Shown: positions 42,701 through 55,054 of the stretch, piece after piece
How positions within the stretch are numbered: position 1 is the first letter of the stretch
Layout of the letters: every line of letters begins with the position of its first letter
Assembly (NCBI GenBank): GCA_002633005.1
Contig: NMRA01000030.1
Coordinates: forward strand, 132,111 to 196,110
Reading direction: 5' to 3'
DNA: 64,000 bases
Origin: Phoronis australis
Taxonomy: Eukaryota; Animalia; Phoronida
Notes under the pieces: model-generated
Database searches by the model: none
What the model was told of the DNA's origin: nothing
The model's input: only the letters and a program-made list of their open reading frames with translations
Program-made: the position numbers and the translations under genes

Positions 42701-45700
42701 GAACACCCCTTATTGGCATTGTTAGCTGCATGAAGGAGACATTTTGTTTGTGTGTACGTGCATCCCTGTAGATAATAATACTTTTGTGGGTCCATCTCCT
42801 GCTTTTTTTCAAAGATGATTGTTATCAAACTTTGAAAATGTTTACTTAGAACTACAATAAGACATAATGTCAGCATTTTGTCATTCCTTTGATTTTACTT
42901 TCTATGCATCCATGTACTAGGGAAATGATCTATGTGCAAACTGACAAAACTCATATGCTTAGTATGAATTTTGTTCCATGATTATTAATTTTTGTGCCTC
43001 CATGTTTTTATTGCAATATTGTTTCATTGTTTCAGATCAATCAGCCATCAAAGTCGTGGCCCAAAAAAAGGTTCGTAATCTTTGCCAAAGCAGCTCTGCG
43101 TCTTGTATTCTGGTGGGCATTCTACGAAGTCTTCACTCATTTCTTGTACATAGACGCCTTATTAAACCATAATCACTTCATGGAGACAGTCTCAAACTGG
43201 GTCATTGCAGGAATTGCTTACTTAAACGGACAAATGTTCATGGTGAAGTATGTTCTCATATTTGGAATTCCATCTCTTGTTGCACGATTTGATGGGTTTG
43301 ATCCCCCAGAAGGACCGATGTGTATATCCAGGGTTTACCTGTACTCACAGATGTGGAAGTAAGTAGATGCTTGAACAGACAATGATTGTTGTTTAGAATC
43401 CCTGTTTAGTACTCAAGTGTGTGTTTATTAAGAATGTGGTAGTTGTTGGTTTTTTTACTAAAACCTGGTTATCCAGGCTGAAATTGAGAAATGAAATCTT
43501 GTGTCATTTCTGATAATTTTACAACATGAATTCAACATTAAAACATGCATTCTTAAAAAAAAACAAATTTGTTGAATTTTGTATTGTGTGTCTCGAAATA
43601 GCCTAGGGTTATTTTTTTAGTTTAGCACTCAAGTTAATGTTTGTTTATTACCATGGATAAGTCAAAGTTGGAGAGAAATAAATAAAAGACTGTGAAAAAT
43701 TTACGGTCGCATTAAATCTAAGGTACATTAGTCACATGCCAAAGTAATTGAAGAACAAAATTCCATTTCGACTTTATGTTACTCAATTGATTTTTGCTAC
43801 CTACTGTCAGTCAACTTCAGTGGGAGACATTGTTTGTCTTCAAAGTTGCTCAGTTGGTGAGCAGGCTGTCGTGCTCTTCTTTTCACATATTTTTTCTTGT
43901 TGTGATTCATGGATGACAGGGGAGGGTGAACAAGTGATAATGTAGTCATTTGCATAAGCTCTTACATGTGATTTGCGCTGACTGTCACTTGAAGTGAAAA
44001 GACAATAACAGGGCTCATATTATTAATACTGTTACTCAGGATTGTGTTCTACAAAAAGTGTACCATTCTCAAGTGATATTACATTCCAATATGTAAAAGA
44101 CTGTTTGACTGAGTGTCTCTTCATCAGTGATCAGGTTTTATTGATCAATTGTAATCAAGCAGACTCTCATTGAAATTCAAGACTTTGGCATTACAGATCA
44201 CTTCCTCATTTATGAACAGGTAATGTGTATAAATAGACATTAATTTACAGCTGACCTTTCTAAGATGAATAAATTTAGCAGTTTTTGATTTCCTGTACCC
44301 CTTAGTTTGAGCCACTTCATTGTAAGTGACATTTTAATATAGGTTCAATTTGGTTTTATTCTCTAGCAGTTTAGCAGTTATTGATTACCATTAAAACTTC
44401 TAGAATTAAACCAAAGACTTAATGAGGCGACTGTAGCAATGTCACACTAACACACTCCAGGTGGGTGTTTTTACTCTAAAGGGTTTCAAGGTATCATTTC
44501 AATCATTGTGATGACTTGCCTTCCGGCAGGAAATTAATGTCAAGATATTTCATCTCTTGGAACTGTCTCAGGCACCGTTATCTTTATTGTCTCGGTGTTG
44601 TCAACCTGGTCATAATCTTAGCATCCTCTTCCATTTGAAAAAGAAGAACCAGTTATATAATTGTATACTGGTGTTATTGACATTCAGCCAGTGTTTTGTT
44701 GCTGTATTTTAGGTGCTTTGACCGTGGCTTGTACAGTTTTCTAAAGAGGTGAGAACGATGTTTAGAGACCACGAATGAAAATGATCCAACGATGAAAACT
44801 TATTTTGGAAAGCAGTAGTTCTTTGTTTAGGCTTTATATGCCACTTTGAAACAACTTGTGTTATCATTACGTGGCATATATTCTTGACTATTGTCTTGTT
44901 GTTTGTAGTGCCTGGTTGAAAATCGTCATAAATTCAATCTAATCCTTCAACTGATAATTGACAACTTTCAAAAACGGTTCCACCCTCCAATCCTATCTAA
45001 ATTTTGCTTTGGTAAAATCAGTGTCATCAGCCACCCAAAAATGATCGTTTGTTAAATGTCTTTGCATAATTTGTACTAAGACATGCATAGCTGGATCTAA
45101 TTGGTCAATAACTTTTTTTCCAAGTACAGTTTGTTAAAAAAGCCATAAAGCAGTCATTATTTTATGCCATTGACTGACGTATAAACATTTGAATATGATT
45201 TTTTTTTTTCAAATACAGATTATTTAGTTTGCAAAATGTTGATTTTGGATTGATATTTTTGTTACTTTGGCATTCAGTAATAGCGTAAATTTCACAATGA
45301 CTTGATATATATCAGTATCCCCAAGTGTAGATATTGAGTGCCACTTAATTCTAACTGCTATTTTGGGTTTATTAAAGAAGAAACTTCTTGTCTTGTTGTT
45401 CACATCCCTAGAACTAAACTTTTTCCACAATCCAAACAACATAACATAATGGCCATCTAGTGAAATGCTGCGGGGAAATCTTAATCTTGGAATTGGCATG
45501 TACTCTTGGGTGACGCTGTTTGTGCTAATATGCCTCAAAAACAAAGACTGTTTCTGTCTAGTGGAACTTTAACATGATTGTAACTTTGACGTAATTGGAG
45601 ATTTTGTAATCATTGCTGATGTACAGCCACCAAGAATGTGCATCAGATTTTGTTTCAACATGACAACAGCTGCAACATAATGGCTCCTTCAGGAAGCCTT

Positions 45701-48700
45701 TGGGAACCATGTCATGTTCCAAAACATGGTGTCTGTGTTATCGGTGTTTCAAGAAAGGTCGAACTTCAGTTGAAAGTGATGAACATTGTGGTTGAATGTT
45801 GACGTGCAAAACAGCACAGACTGTTGAAAAAGTGCATAGAAGACAACCAGAGAATCATTCAAGACGTTTGCAACATTTTAGGAATGTCATGCAGGAGTGC
45901 TCAGCGCATTTTCTCTGACAGACTGAACAGGGGTCACATTTCTGCATATTTTGTTCAACGATGAACAGAAGGCCAGGATATCAAAAAAAAGGTTTTAAAA
46001 GATTATTACTGCTGATGAATTGTGGGTGCATGGCTGTGACCCCGAGACTTGACCCCAAGACTGACCAATAGTTATTGCAAGAGATGTCACCTGGTTCACC
46101 GAGACTGAACTGAGTTTAAGGCTACATGAAATCCATGTTGATTATTTTTTGCATTCGCAGGGCATTGCTCACAAGAAATATGTTTCTCAGGGGCAAGCTA
46201 AGGATTGGATATTGTTTGCCAGAAATGATCAGAACAATGGGAAAGCAATGACTGCACTTTCATCTTTAGAGTGTGCCTGTTCACACATTGCTCATTTCTA
46301 GGAGTTCTTGGATTCTAGAAACACTATAATCATTTCACCACCAGTCTAGCTCCCTGTGACTTTCTTCTGTTTCCCTAAGAGCTAAATTTCAAGTTGAAGG
46401 GGCTAGTTAATTCAGGAGAATCGAAGACAATTGCTGATGTAATTGTTGAAAGAGACTATGATATTATCAGAAATACCTAGGCTGCTGAAATATACACTGG
46501 GATCATTGCGTACATGCCAGGGGGGTTATTACGAAGAGACTAGTTGATAGATTACCAGTTCTAGGAAACAAATAACCTTTTTTATCTGAGCGTTCCTTTC
46601 ATTGTGGACAGCAGCATCATTGCCATTGTCATCTTTGGTGTATGAGCCATGACTAACACTAGCAGTGACCTCTTTATAAGTGGCAGTCTTTGTAATCACA
46701 CCTGCATTTGTGTCATTGAGTTCATGACAACACCATCGATGTTGTGGTCGGTGCCAGTATCATCACCCATGTTTTGGTTGCTGTTGGTGACATGGCCATG
46801 TTTTGGTTGCTATTGGTGACATGGCCATGTTTTGGTTGCTATCGGTGATATGGCCGTGTTCTTGCTTTCATCCTGTTTTAAGTTCTTTTTATTCAAGGTC
46901 ACCTGTAGTCACTCCTCAGATCGCTTTCATTTTTTCTTATTTCATAGAGAAATGATAGGCATCAAGACAAAACATAGTGAATATTATTTATATTAAGTTA
47001 TGATTAAAACTGTGGTGACAGTGATTTTAGCATGTCATTTATCATTATTGTTAGCAATGGACATAAGCTAACAATGATGTTAGTGATATTAAAAGGCTCT
47101 GAACTAATAACAGTTTATTCCATTTCAGACATATCTACATTCCATTAGGTGGCTCCTCCTATGGGATATTCAGACAACTTCTCGCGTCTGGTGCTTGCTT
47201 CCTATTCATATTCTTCTGGCATGGTGCCGAGTACTATCTGTTTGTTTGGACTGTGTTAAACTTCATTGGAATAAGCATTGAAGCTGCAGGAAAGTCCATC
47301 ACTAAGTTACCTGTCTTCCAGACGTATCAGGTAAAACAGTAACTCTAAAGAAGGTTGAGAAGGTCATCAAACTTTACCCAAGACTGGTTCTGTCTCTTGT
47401 TTAATTATACTTGAAACAATTTCTTGAGTTTTAACTCTCAAAATGGATGCCATGGGTTATAGCAAACAAATGCTTGCCTTGTTACACGTTAGCCAAATAT
47501 ACTATCAATTCCAAATCTTTTGTCACAGCTACTATTATCTTTTGGCTGAAACACCTTTCGGATTTTACACGAGGCTTTACTATATATTCCTTCGCAGCAC
47601 CCTCTTTGACCTGAAAGAAACTTTAATTGTCAATGAAAACTTCTCTTTTCCTTTCAAACTTTCAACCACAAAATTATAGACTTTCTGATTGTAAGTCATC
47701 AAAAGCACTTGTATACATGAGCCAGCACTCAAAAATTCCCTAATCAAGCGTTATTTAAATTTTTGGTAAAAGCGTCCGTTGGCAATTTGAAGGTGGCTTG
47801 ACGACCGCTCCAGTTTTCTTAGCTGAAGTCAGTGTATGTTTGCGTGTATGGACCAACAGGTGAACAGGAAGTAGACACTCAGTCTTCCGGTAGTGAACAG
47901 CAATAATATCTCAGTCACATTTTGAATAGATCTCCATTGCTTTGCAAATAGACTACATTCAGCATTAGATCTAAACTTTGGTCAAGTTGCATGCCATGTT
48001 GAAAATTTGCTATGTTGAGATGACCAAGCATAAGGGTTTGCCGCACTATCCGTAGCAAATGTATTGAAACCCTTCTTACAGTGTTTAAGCTCACTTGAGT
48101 AAACATACATGAATATTAATGTTATGTAGAACCCTAGGAAAATTTCCAAATTTGGTTTACTATAGAACATCATATAAATGGCAGACTGGATTCATATGAA
48201 ATGTTCAGATAATATGCTTTATTTTTATGCTCTTCTGCAAACGGATGTTAGAAATTGCTTTTAAAATGTTCCACATGTGAGNAACTGTCTGTGTGGTATC
48301 GGTGTTTCAAGAAAGGTCTAATTTCAGTTGAAAGTGATGAACATTGACGTGCAAAACAGCACAGACTGTTGAAAAAGTGCACACAGTTATCATGGAAGAC
48401 AACCAGAGAATCATTCAAGACGTTTGCAACATTTTAGGAATGTCTTGCAGGAGTGCTCAGCGCATTTTCTCTGACAGACTGAACAAGGGTCACATTTCTG
48501 CATATTTTGTTCAACGATGAACAGAAGGCCAGGGGGGGGGTATTACGAAGAGACTAGTTGATAGATTACCAGTTCTAGGAAACAAATAAACTTTTTTATC
48601 TGAGCGTTCCTTTCATTGTGGACAGCAGCATCATTGCCATTCTCATCTTCGGCGTATGAGCCATGACTGTCACTAGCAGTGACCTCTTTATAAGTGGCAG

Positions 48701-51305
48701 TCTTAATTCTTTGTAATCTCACCTGCATTTGTGTCATTGAGTTCCTGACAACACCATCAATGTTGTGGTCAGTGCCAGTATCATCACCCATGTTTTGGTT
48801 GCTATTGGTGACATGGCCATGTTTTGGTTGCTATTGGTGATATGGCCGTGTTCTTGCTTTCATCCTGTTTTAAGTTCTTTATTCAAGGTCACCTGTAGTC
48901 ACTTCTCAGATCGCTTTCATTTTTTCTTATTTCATAGAGAAATGATGGGCATCAAGACAAAACATAGTGAATATTATTTATGTTAAGTATTAAAACTGTA
49001 GTGACAATGATTGTAGCATGTCATTTATTATTATTAGCAATGGAGATAAGCTAACAATAATGTTAGTGATATTAAAAGGCTCTGAACTCACAACAGTTTA
49101 TTCCATTTCAGACATATCTACATTCCATTAGGTGGTTCCTCCTATGGGATATTCAGACAACTTCTCGCGTCTGGTGCCTGCTTCCTATTCATATTCTTCT
49201 GGCATGGTGCAGAATACTATCTGTTTGTTTGGACTGTGTTAAACTTCATTGGAATAAGCATTGAAGCTGCAGGAAAGTCCATCACCAAGTTACCTGTCTT
49301 CCAGACGTATCAGGTAAAACAGTAACTCTGAAGCAGATTAAGAAGATCATCAAACTTTACCCAGGACTGGTTCTGTCTCTTGTTATTATACTTGAAACAA
49401 TTTCTTGAGTTTTAACTCTCAAAATGGATGTCATGGGTTATAGCAAACAAATGCTTGCCTTGTTACACGTTAGCCAAATATACTATCAATTCCAAATCTT
49501 TTGTCACAGCTACTATTATCTTTTGGCTGAAACACCTTTCGGATTTTACACGAGGCTTTACTATATATTCCTTCGCAGCACCCTCTTTGACCTGAAAGAA
49601 ACTTTAATTGTCAATGAAAACTTCTCTTTTCCTTTCAAACTTTCAACCACAAAATTATAGACTTTCTGATTGTAAGTCATCAAAAGCACTTGTATACATG
49701 AGCCAGCACTCAAAAATTCCCTAATCAAGCGTTATTTAAATTTTTGGTAAAAGCGTCCGTTGGCAATTTGAAGGTGGCTTGACGACCGCTCCAGTTTTCT
49801 TAGCTGAAGTCAGTGTATGTTTGCGTGTATGGACCAACAGGTGAACAGGAAGTAGACACTCAGTCTTCCGGTAGTGAACAGCAATAATATCTCAGTCACA
49901 TTTTGAATAGATCTCCATTGCTTTGCAAATAGACTACATTCAGCATTAGATCTAAACTTTGGTCAAGTTGCATGCCATGTTGAAAATTTGCTATGTTGAG
50001 ATGACCAAGCATAAGGGTTTGCCGCACTATCCGTAGCAAATGTATTGAAACCCTTCTTACAGTGTTTAAGCTCACTTGAGTAAACATACATGAATATTAA
50101 TGTTATGTAGAACCCTAGGAAAATTTCCAAATTTGGCTTACTATAGAACATCATATAAATGGCAGACTGGATTCATATGAAATGTTCAGATAATATGCTT
50201 TATTTTTATGCTCTTCTGCAAACGGATGTTAGAAATTGCTTTTAAAATGTTCCACATGTGAGAGGCTATCAAAAAATAGAACATTTCTGATTTTTTTAAA
50301 TTATAAAAAGAAACCAGAATGATCATTCAGAAAACTAATATCTTGAACATTTTACATTTAACGTTACGTTATTGATATTCTTTTTGCTATAGATTTAGTA
50401 CTACATTTTTCTAAAAATTCATCGCCACGTGGTCCAGTTAAAAGGACAGTTGATAAGAAGTCAAAAATCAAATTCTACTGGCTTTCAACTTTCAAAACTT
50501 ATATTCTTTAACTGAGTTAAAGTGTACACTTTGGGATAAATACACAAACTTGTCCACAATGTCGTACATAACTATAAAGAGGTCTTCTTAAGAAATCAGT
50601 ATACATATTAGGCTGATGCTCCTTTATTTGAATGTACATATTAGGCCGATGCTCCTTTATTTGAATGTGTATATTAGGCCCATGCACGTTTATTTGGTAT
50701 TTGCTAAAGAAAGCTTTTTGCTCAGTGGTGTTTCTGATATAGACACGTGCTTCACAGGCTGCGATCCTTTGTATACTTGCATATCTTCAACTCGGCATTT
50801 TGTGGTTTTGTAGATTGCTCTTGCTGCTTGATTAGTAAATGTTAAATTGATTACATGTCATTAAGTCACTACTTGTATCATTATGCTTGGAAAAAGACGT
50901 TGTGTCCAAACTACTAATGGTGGTCCTGCTTGTTTGAAACACGTGTATTTTCACGTTTGCGTTGTTAAAATTAATGCTAAAATGAGGCATTGTGTCCTAA
51001 ACAACAGCGCATAACATTATTTTTTGCAGCACCATTTATGTGTGCAAATAGTGAATTATCAATCTGTCCACTTTTCAGAAGGTGTTGTCATATTCTTGCA
51101 GTCTGTCATTCCTGGTTACTGAGTGTTGAAGTAATCATGACTGCACTCATTAATTGTCATTTCAGGATGCTTATTATCATTATCACATTGTGTGCTTTTC
51201 TTCAGTGTCCTGACACTGATGAGTTAAAGGCAGAGTACATGAACGGGTGGACTGGTTCCCATGACTTTATTTTATTGTTTGCTCGCAAAAAGGGTTTGCC
51301 TTCCA

Positions 51306-51348
<43 letters not shown>

Positions 51349-53355
51349 TATCATTTGATCTCTTGGCAAAATTTAAATGTTAGAATACAATGATCATTAA
51401 AAAGTGCACTTAATGTGCTCATTGCTTATCCCCACATTATTTCCTAATGTGTTCACACGAGAAATTGCTCCTGGAACGAGTATAAATCTGGAGCCTGAGC
51501 TGCATCCTGTTCCATTGTCATGTGTACAGGGAGTTAGTGCTATAAAATAGATTGTTCATTGTCTGATGATGTTAAACAAAGTGACTTCCTAGTAGACATG
51601 GTGTAACACAGATGGTCAGGCATAAACATGATTTCACACTTTAACAAAGTCAATGTAATAATAATGATCAAAGTCTGCTCATACTATTGATTTGTTCACC
51701 TTCAATTCCAGTTTTCACGTGCAATGGAGAGACGACTTTCAGCTTTGTTAATGGTTCCGTTACTGGGTCTTTCAACGTTTGGTTACTTCTTCTTCATGGG
51801 AGGTCAAGAAGTGGGCCAACTGTATGTCAGCCGTCTGCTTGTTGGTAAGTACCACCGTGTTTTCAACGAAATTTTGCTCGCTCAGGCATTTTGCACGGAG
51901 GTTCCTGTGCCCAGAGTTTTTTGCAGTTTGCTAGCTTATTACTTATCTGTGTGATTGCTTGGCCAAATTACCAGTAGTTACAAACACAACACATAGTGGT
52001 GATGTGAATGTAAAGTAGCTTGAAAGTTGCCAAATGTTATTAAGAACGAGTTTTTTGGCGAAAATGATCAGTCGCAAATCACTGAACCGTGTCCATTAAG
52101 TATCGTATCATGGTGATGGGGCATAACAGTGCATGATGCGGCCTATGTGAGCGTTCGAGGTACGTCATTAGTGCAAAGGTAACATGGAGAGGCAGATCTA
52201 CAGGAGGTTCAGCGGGTTTAAACCCCCCCCCCCCAGGACAGGATCAAAAATAAAAATAAAAATAAAATAAAAATCATCGGCAGGAAAACGAAATCAGGTA
52301 CAAAAACCAAAAAATCTTACACAGGAAATGGGAAAACCCCCTTCCGACCTTCCCTCCACGTGGTGCTATGCGCCTCGGATTCGCGTGAATCCTAATCCCC
52401 CTTGCTGAAAACGTAAATCTGCCACTGCCACATTTGCAGAATTTTTTGTTTTCGCTACAAATTGTCCATGAATACAAATGCACTTTGTTTAGTGTAGATG
52501 ATGTTCAAATAGCATTGTTGTTTAGTTCCTGCTATACATTATTAGCATATAATTAGTTAGAAGCATGCAAATACATTCTTAAAAAACATGTCTGTCAGGA
52601 TCAAAGTTCTTGAGCACAGAATTAGTAGTCACCTGATTATGACCAAATGTCAAGTTGATGGTCAACAGTTCGCTTTTAATCTAAAAACATCATTGGGAAT
52701 ATAGAATACATCATGCATGATCTACAGTCAAAACAATGTAACAGGAAATAGTCACAACTAACATATACATGGAGACATCAACACACTGGTATAGCGGTAA
52801 ATTAAGGAGAAGTTTGTCAGCTGATCAGTGTTAAATAGTGACATAGGTAGCCTGTTGTGGCTAAAGCAGCCTGTGGGTCAGTGATAAATAGAGGCTAATT
52901 AAAGCACATACTGGTAGCCTGCTGATCTTTCAAAGCATATACGTCTTTCTGTTGCTTTCACTAGACAAGATTTTAACAGAGTCACGATTAATAGTCTGTG
53001 TTGAAGTTGCCACTGCACTCATTATTGCACTTTTCTGGCCATTTGTTACAAGTTATTAGACTAGTCAACTATGACTAATCGTCTGGTTTTCTTGTCAGAC
53101 AACACTTTGTGATCTGTGCTTAGGCTTATTGTAGTGTTACATTTACTGCCATGACCTTTCTGTGTACACAGTGCCCTTTTATTGCGTAACTTGTTCTTTT
53201 TACAACCTTGAAATTGTTAATTACTCCTAATTGTTACAGGGGGTAGCACATCAGCACTACTGGCAATCAGCTACTTTACACAAATACAAGTATCCATAGA
53301 TATACAGAAATGGGAGGAAACACCATTAACACCGAGGACAGTGGCGGGGACCTAA
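30570..53355 (+). CDS. HHAT: Hedgehog acyltransferase-like MBOAT (protein-cysteine N-palmitoyltransferase), 9 coding exons: 30570-30747, 31579-31793, 34251-34448, 41500-41739, 43036-43358, 44713-44748, 47129-47330, 51712-51844, 53240-53355; ~546 aa
   Basis: Spliced product contains DISNFEWHFW, YFFYLPLFFCGPIFTY, VKYVLIFGIPSLVARFDGFDPP, MWKCFDRGLYSFLKRHIYIPLGG, FFWHG (catalytic MBOAT His) and FMGGQEVG. It is colinear with human HHAT as I recall it. The retained His favours HHAT over HHATL. Confidence 0.92.
31579..31793 (+). CDS. HHAT: HHAT coding exon 2 (...GWSFLGRQQDISNFEWHFW...AAPQ)
   Basis: Acceptor GTTTTCAG|, donor CAG|GTACA; DxxxFEWxFW motif. Confidence 0.9.
32824..33118. repeat. Foldback/inverted-repeat element, copy 2
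   Basis: AAATAAAACAACAAGAATGGATCAACTGAAATTTTCGGATAT recurs inverted at ~33057-33098. Confidence 0.8.
34251..34448 (+). CDS. HHAT: HHAT coding exon 3 (FKKWVYTTAG...NPFSDLM)
   Basis: Acceptor CTGCTTTCAG|, donor ATG|GTAAG; hydrophobic TM segments. Confidence 0.9.
34947..39985 (+). mobile_element. ~5.0 kb TIR DNA transposon (decayed), flanked by TTAA, in HHAT intron 3
   Basis: Left end TTAA|GTATCAGTCCACG...GCGGCAAGGTGGGGGGTCAGCC and right end GGCTGACCCCCACCTTGCCGC...CGTGGACTAGTAC|TTAA are inverted repeats. A broken internal reading frame lies at ~36600-36870. Confidence 0.75.
41018..41401. repeat. 27-bp minisatellite, ~14 copies (GCTGAGCACGATCTCTTGCAATAACAA)
   Basis: Tandem units ending ~100 bp upstream of HHAT exon 4. 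Confidence 0.95.
41500..41739 (+). CDS. HHAT: HHAT coding exon 4 (RNVFEDDPYEYQYYLL...YFFYLPLFFCGPIFTYDTFLMQ)
   Basis: Acceptor TTTTTTTCAG|, donor CAG|GTAAG; MBOAT YxFYxP..GP motif. Confidence 0.93.
43036..43358 (+). CDS. HHAT: HHAT coding exon 5 (INQPSKSW...CISRVYLYSQMW)
   Basis: Acceptor GTTTCAG|, donor GAA|GTAAG. Confidence 0.93.
44713..44748 (+). CDS. HHAT: HHAT 36-nt micro-exon 6 (KCFDRGLYSFLKR)
   Basis: Acceptor TATTTTAG|, donor GAG|GTGAG; supplies the FDxGL motif and links the phases of exons 5 and 7. Confidence 0.9.
45610..46560 (+). mobile_element. Degenerate mariner (Tc1/mariner) transposase remnant in HHAT intron 6
   Basis: IITADELWVHGCDPET at 46002 (cf. IITGDETWVYGYDPET) and SLAPCDFLLFP at ~46343 (cf. 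YSPDLAPCDF); multiple frameshifts; element ends approximate. Confidence 0.8.
47129..47330 (+). CDS. HHAT: HHAT coding exon 7 (HIYIPLGGS...FFWHGAEYY...QTYQ), copy 1
   Basis: Acceptor CATTTCAG|, donor CAG|GTAAA; catalytic WHG. Confidence 0.93.
49112..49313 (+). CDS. HHAT: HHAT exon 7, second copy (probable alternate haplotype)
   Basis: Identical translation to 47129-47330; 5 nt differences, all synonymous; lies inside the duplication that begins at N48282. Confidence 0.6.
51306..51351. repeat. (TTA)n microsatellite
   Basis: Directly visible. Confidence 0.9.
51712..51844 (+). CDS. HHAT: HHAT coding exon 8 (FSRAMERRLSALL...FMGGQEVGQLYVSRLLV)
   Basis: Acceptor AATTCCAG|, donor TTG|GTAAG. Confidence 0.88.
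52187..52427. mobile_element. Short TIR MITE (CAG(A/T)GGCAGATCTAC ends); duplicate at 57999-58233
   Basis: Copy 2 reads CAGAGGCAGATCTAC ... GTAGATCTGCCACTG; G/C-run subterminal tracts. Confidence 0.6.
53240..53355 (+). CDS. HHAT: HHAT terminal coding exon 9 (GGSTSALLAISYFTQIQVSIDIQKWEE...), copy 1
   Basis: Acceptor TTGTTACAG| with branch-like CCTAAT; phase-compatible with exon 8; stop TAA at 53353-53355. Confidence 0.75.
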
Positions 53356-54567
53356 TTATGCTGCATGCAACAAAGACAGCTATGGTGAACATCTAGTTTA
53401 GCATTGTGCACTTTGTTGCATTGTGTTGTTTTAGTCTGATCTGTTGTGGATATTATTGGACCAATTTTATTCTTTTGTATTTTTGACATTTGTTTTTGTC
53501 CGAAAATTCTGATAAGTTTTATACACTAAAATAACAACCGTTAAATAATTCTTTGTTGTTGCCGGTGTCCTTTCAACTGTAAGTTCTGTTGTAGATTTTA
53601 CATCATAAATAGTTTGATTGGTTCACCATATTATACATACACACAGCAGTTCACATTATACATCATAAATAGATTGATAGATTCAGTATCTCACACATAC
53701 ACACGGTGGGCTCGAATTCCCGACGTTGGGGACCTTTTGCTAACAAAAGAGCAGGCAGACTAAAAAAAAATGGAAGCACCTCTGTGAATTGCGCGTTTGC
53801 GCTTATTTAGTGGGCTTTTGTCCCATTTTCTCGGACTTTTTGTCTCTCTCGGAGGCGGATCTTTTTGTCCACTTCGCCAAATGGGGGGGGCTCATTCGAG
53901 CCCCCGAGCCCCCCATGGGTGCGCACATAATAGGACTGATATACATAGTGCTGGGGGAAAAGCAGTTTGTAAGTATGACTGATATTCACACAGTGTTGGA
54001 GGGAAAGTGGGTTATAATCCCAATACACTCCTGGAGATCAAACCACAAAATGAAAATGGCACTCTTCCTGTTGGTGTGGTTAAAGCCCACCTTCAGTGAT
54101 AACATGTAAATTTAGTTCTTCCAATAAGCATCACTATGACCCTGACTATGAATTAGTCATGAAGTGACAAAAATGTAACTGGCGTTTTACGTATACTCTG
54201 GTATCCCCAGCAGATATATACTTCTTGTGCGGTAAGGGTGATTATAAGTTCAAAGCTACTATTATCTGCTGTTCTTTGATTGCTCTTTTCTCGTGGTGAC
54301 TCAGTATGGTGGGGAAAGTGCTACATCACTTAGTGGTCTTTCATGCCTGCTTGTTGACTTGGTGTTATTGCTAAATCTTTGTATCGCTCTCCCGGGGTTC
54401 GTCCTGAATAACAAGCATCTATGGTATTGTTTTTGTCTTGTTAAACTTCAGAATTCTAACTAGTGGGTGAGAACTTCCGATTTCTAATACATTTACTTTT
54501 TTGTGGATGGATTCAGTATTAGGTGACCAGTGTGGTATCAGTAGTGTTTATATTAGTCATCACTATA

Positions 54568-55054
54568 GGGCCTTTCATACTAACGTCGACGCGTCGATGG
54601 TTTGGGAAGTTGCGGTCAGTATGAACGCTTAACTCCGGTCCTGGATCGCAGTTAAAATCTCCAGTTAACATCACAGGTGGATTTAACAGCACAGCGTCGA
54701 CGCTGCGGCACAGTATGAACGCTAATTTCGGTCCAATCGAAGTGATCGCCAGGTGCCACTGTCATCGTCAACAGTTACAGGGGGTCGTCACTAATAGCTG
54801 CTTATATTTTGCTCTATTGAATAACAGCTAATCGATTTAAAAATAAGTTTAATGTCATTTAGCACATGTAAAGGTTCTCAAATTGTCTCATTGAAAAAAA
54901 TCTTAGCGTGCAGCGCTACTTTGCGATAACTTCGATGACGACAGCGTCACCAACCGTTTACTTCGATGTTCGTTATCTACCGAAGCCAGTAGTTACGGTT
55001 CAGTTTACGTCGACGCTCCGCTCAGACCGGAGTTAAGTCGATATGAAACGGCCT
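54568..55054. mobile_element. MITE with GGCC-type TIRs (PIF/Harbinger-like); duplicate at 60434-60921
   Basis: TATA|GGGCCTTTCATAC ... ATATGAAACGGCCT|TATA; internal AGTATGAACGC repeats. Confidence 0.6.

Larger units (their letters stand above)
45731..50262 (+). repeat. Apparent tandem duplication: 45731-48281 vs 48283-50262, junction at N48282
   Basis: Sequence after the N restarts at the homologue of ~45731, and both copies end ...CCACATGTGAG. Confidence 0.9.
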
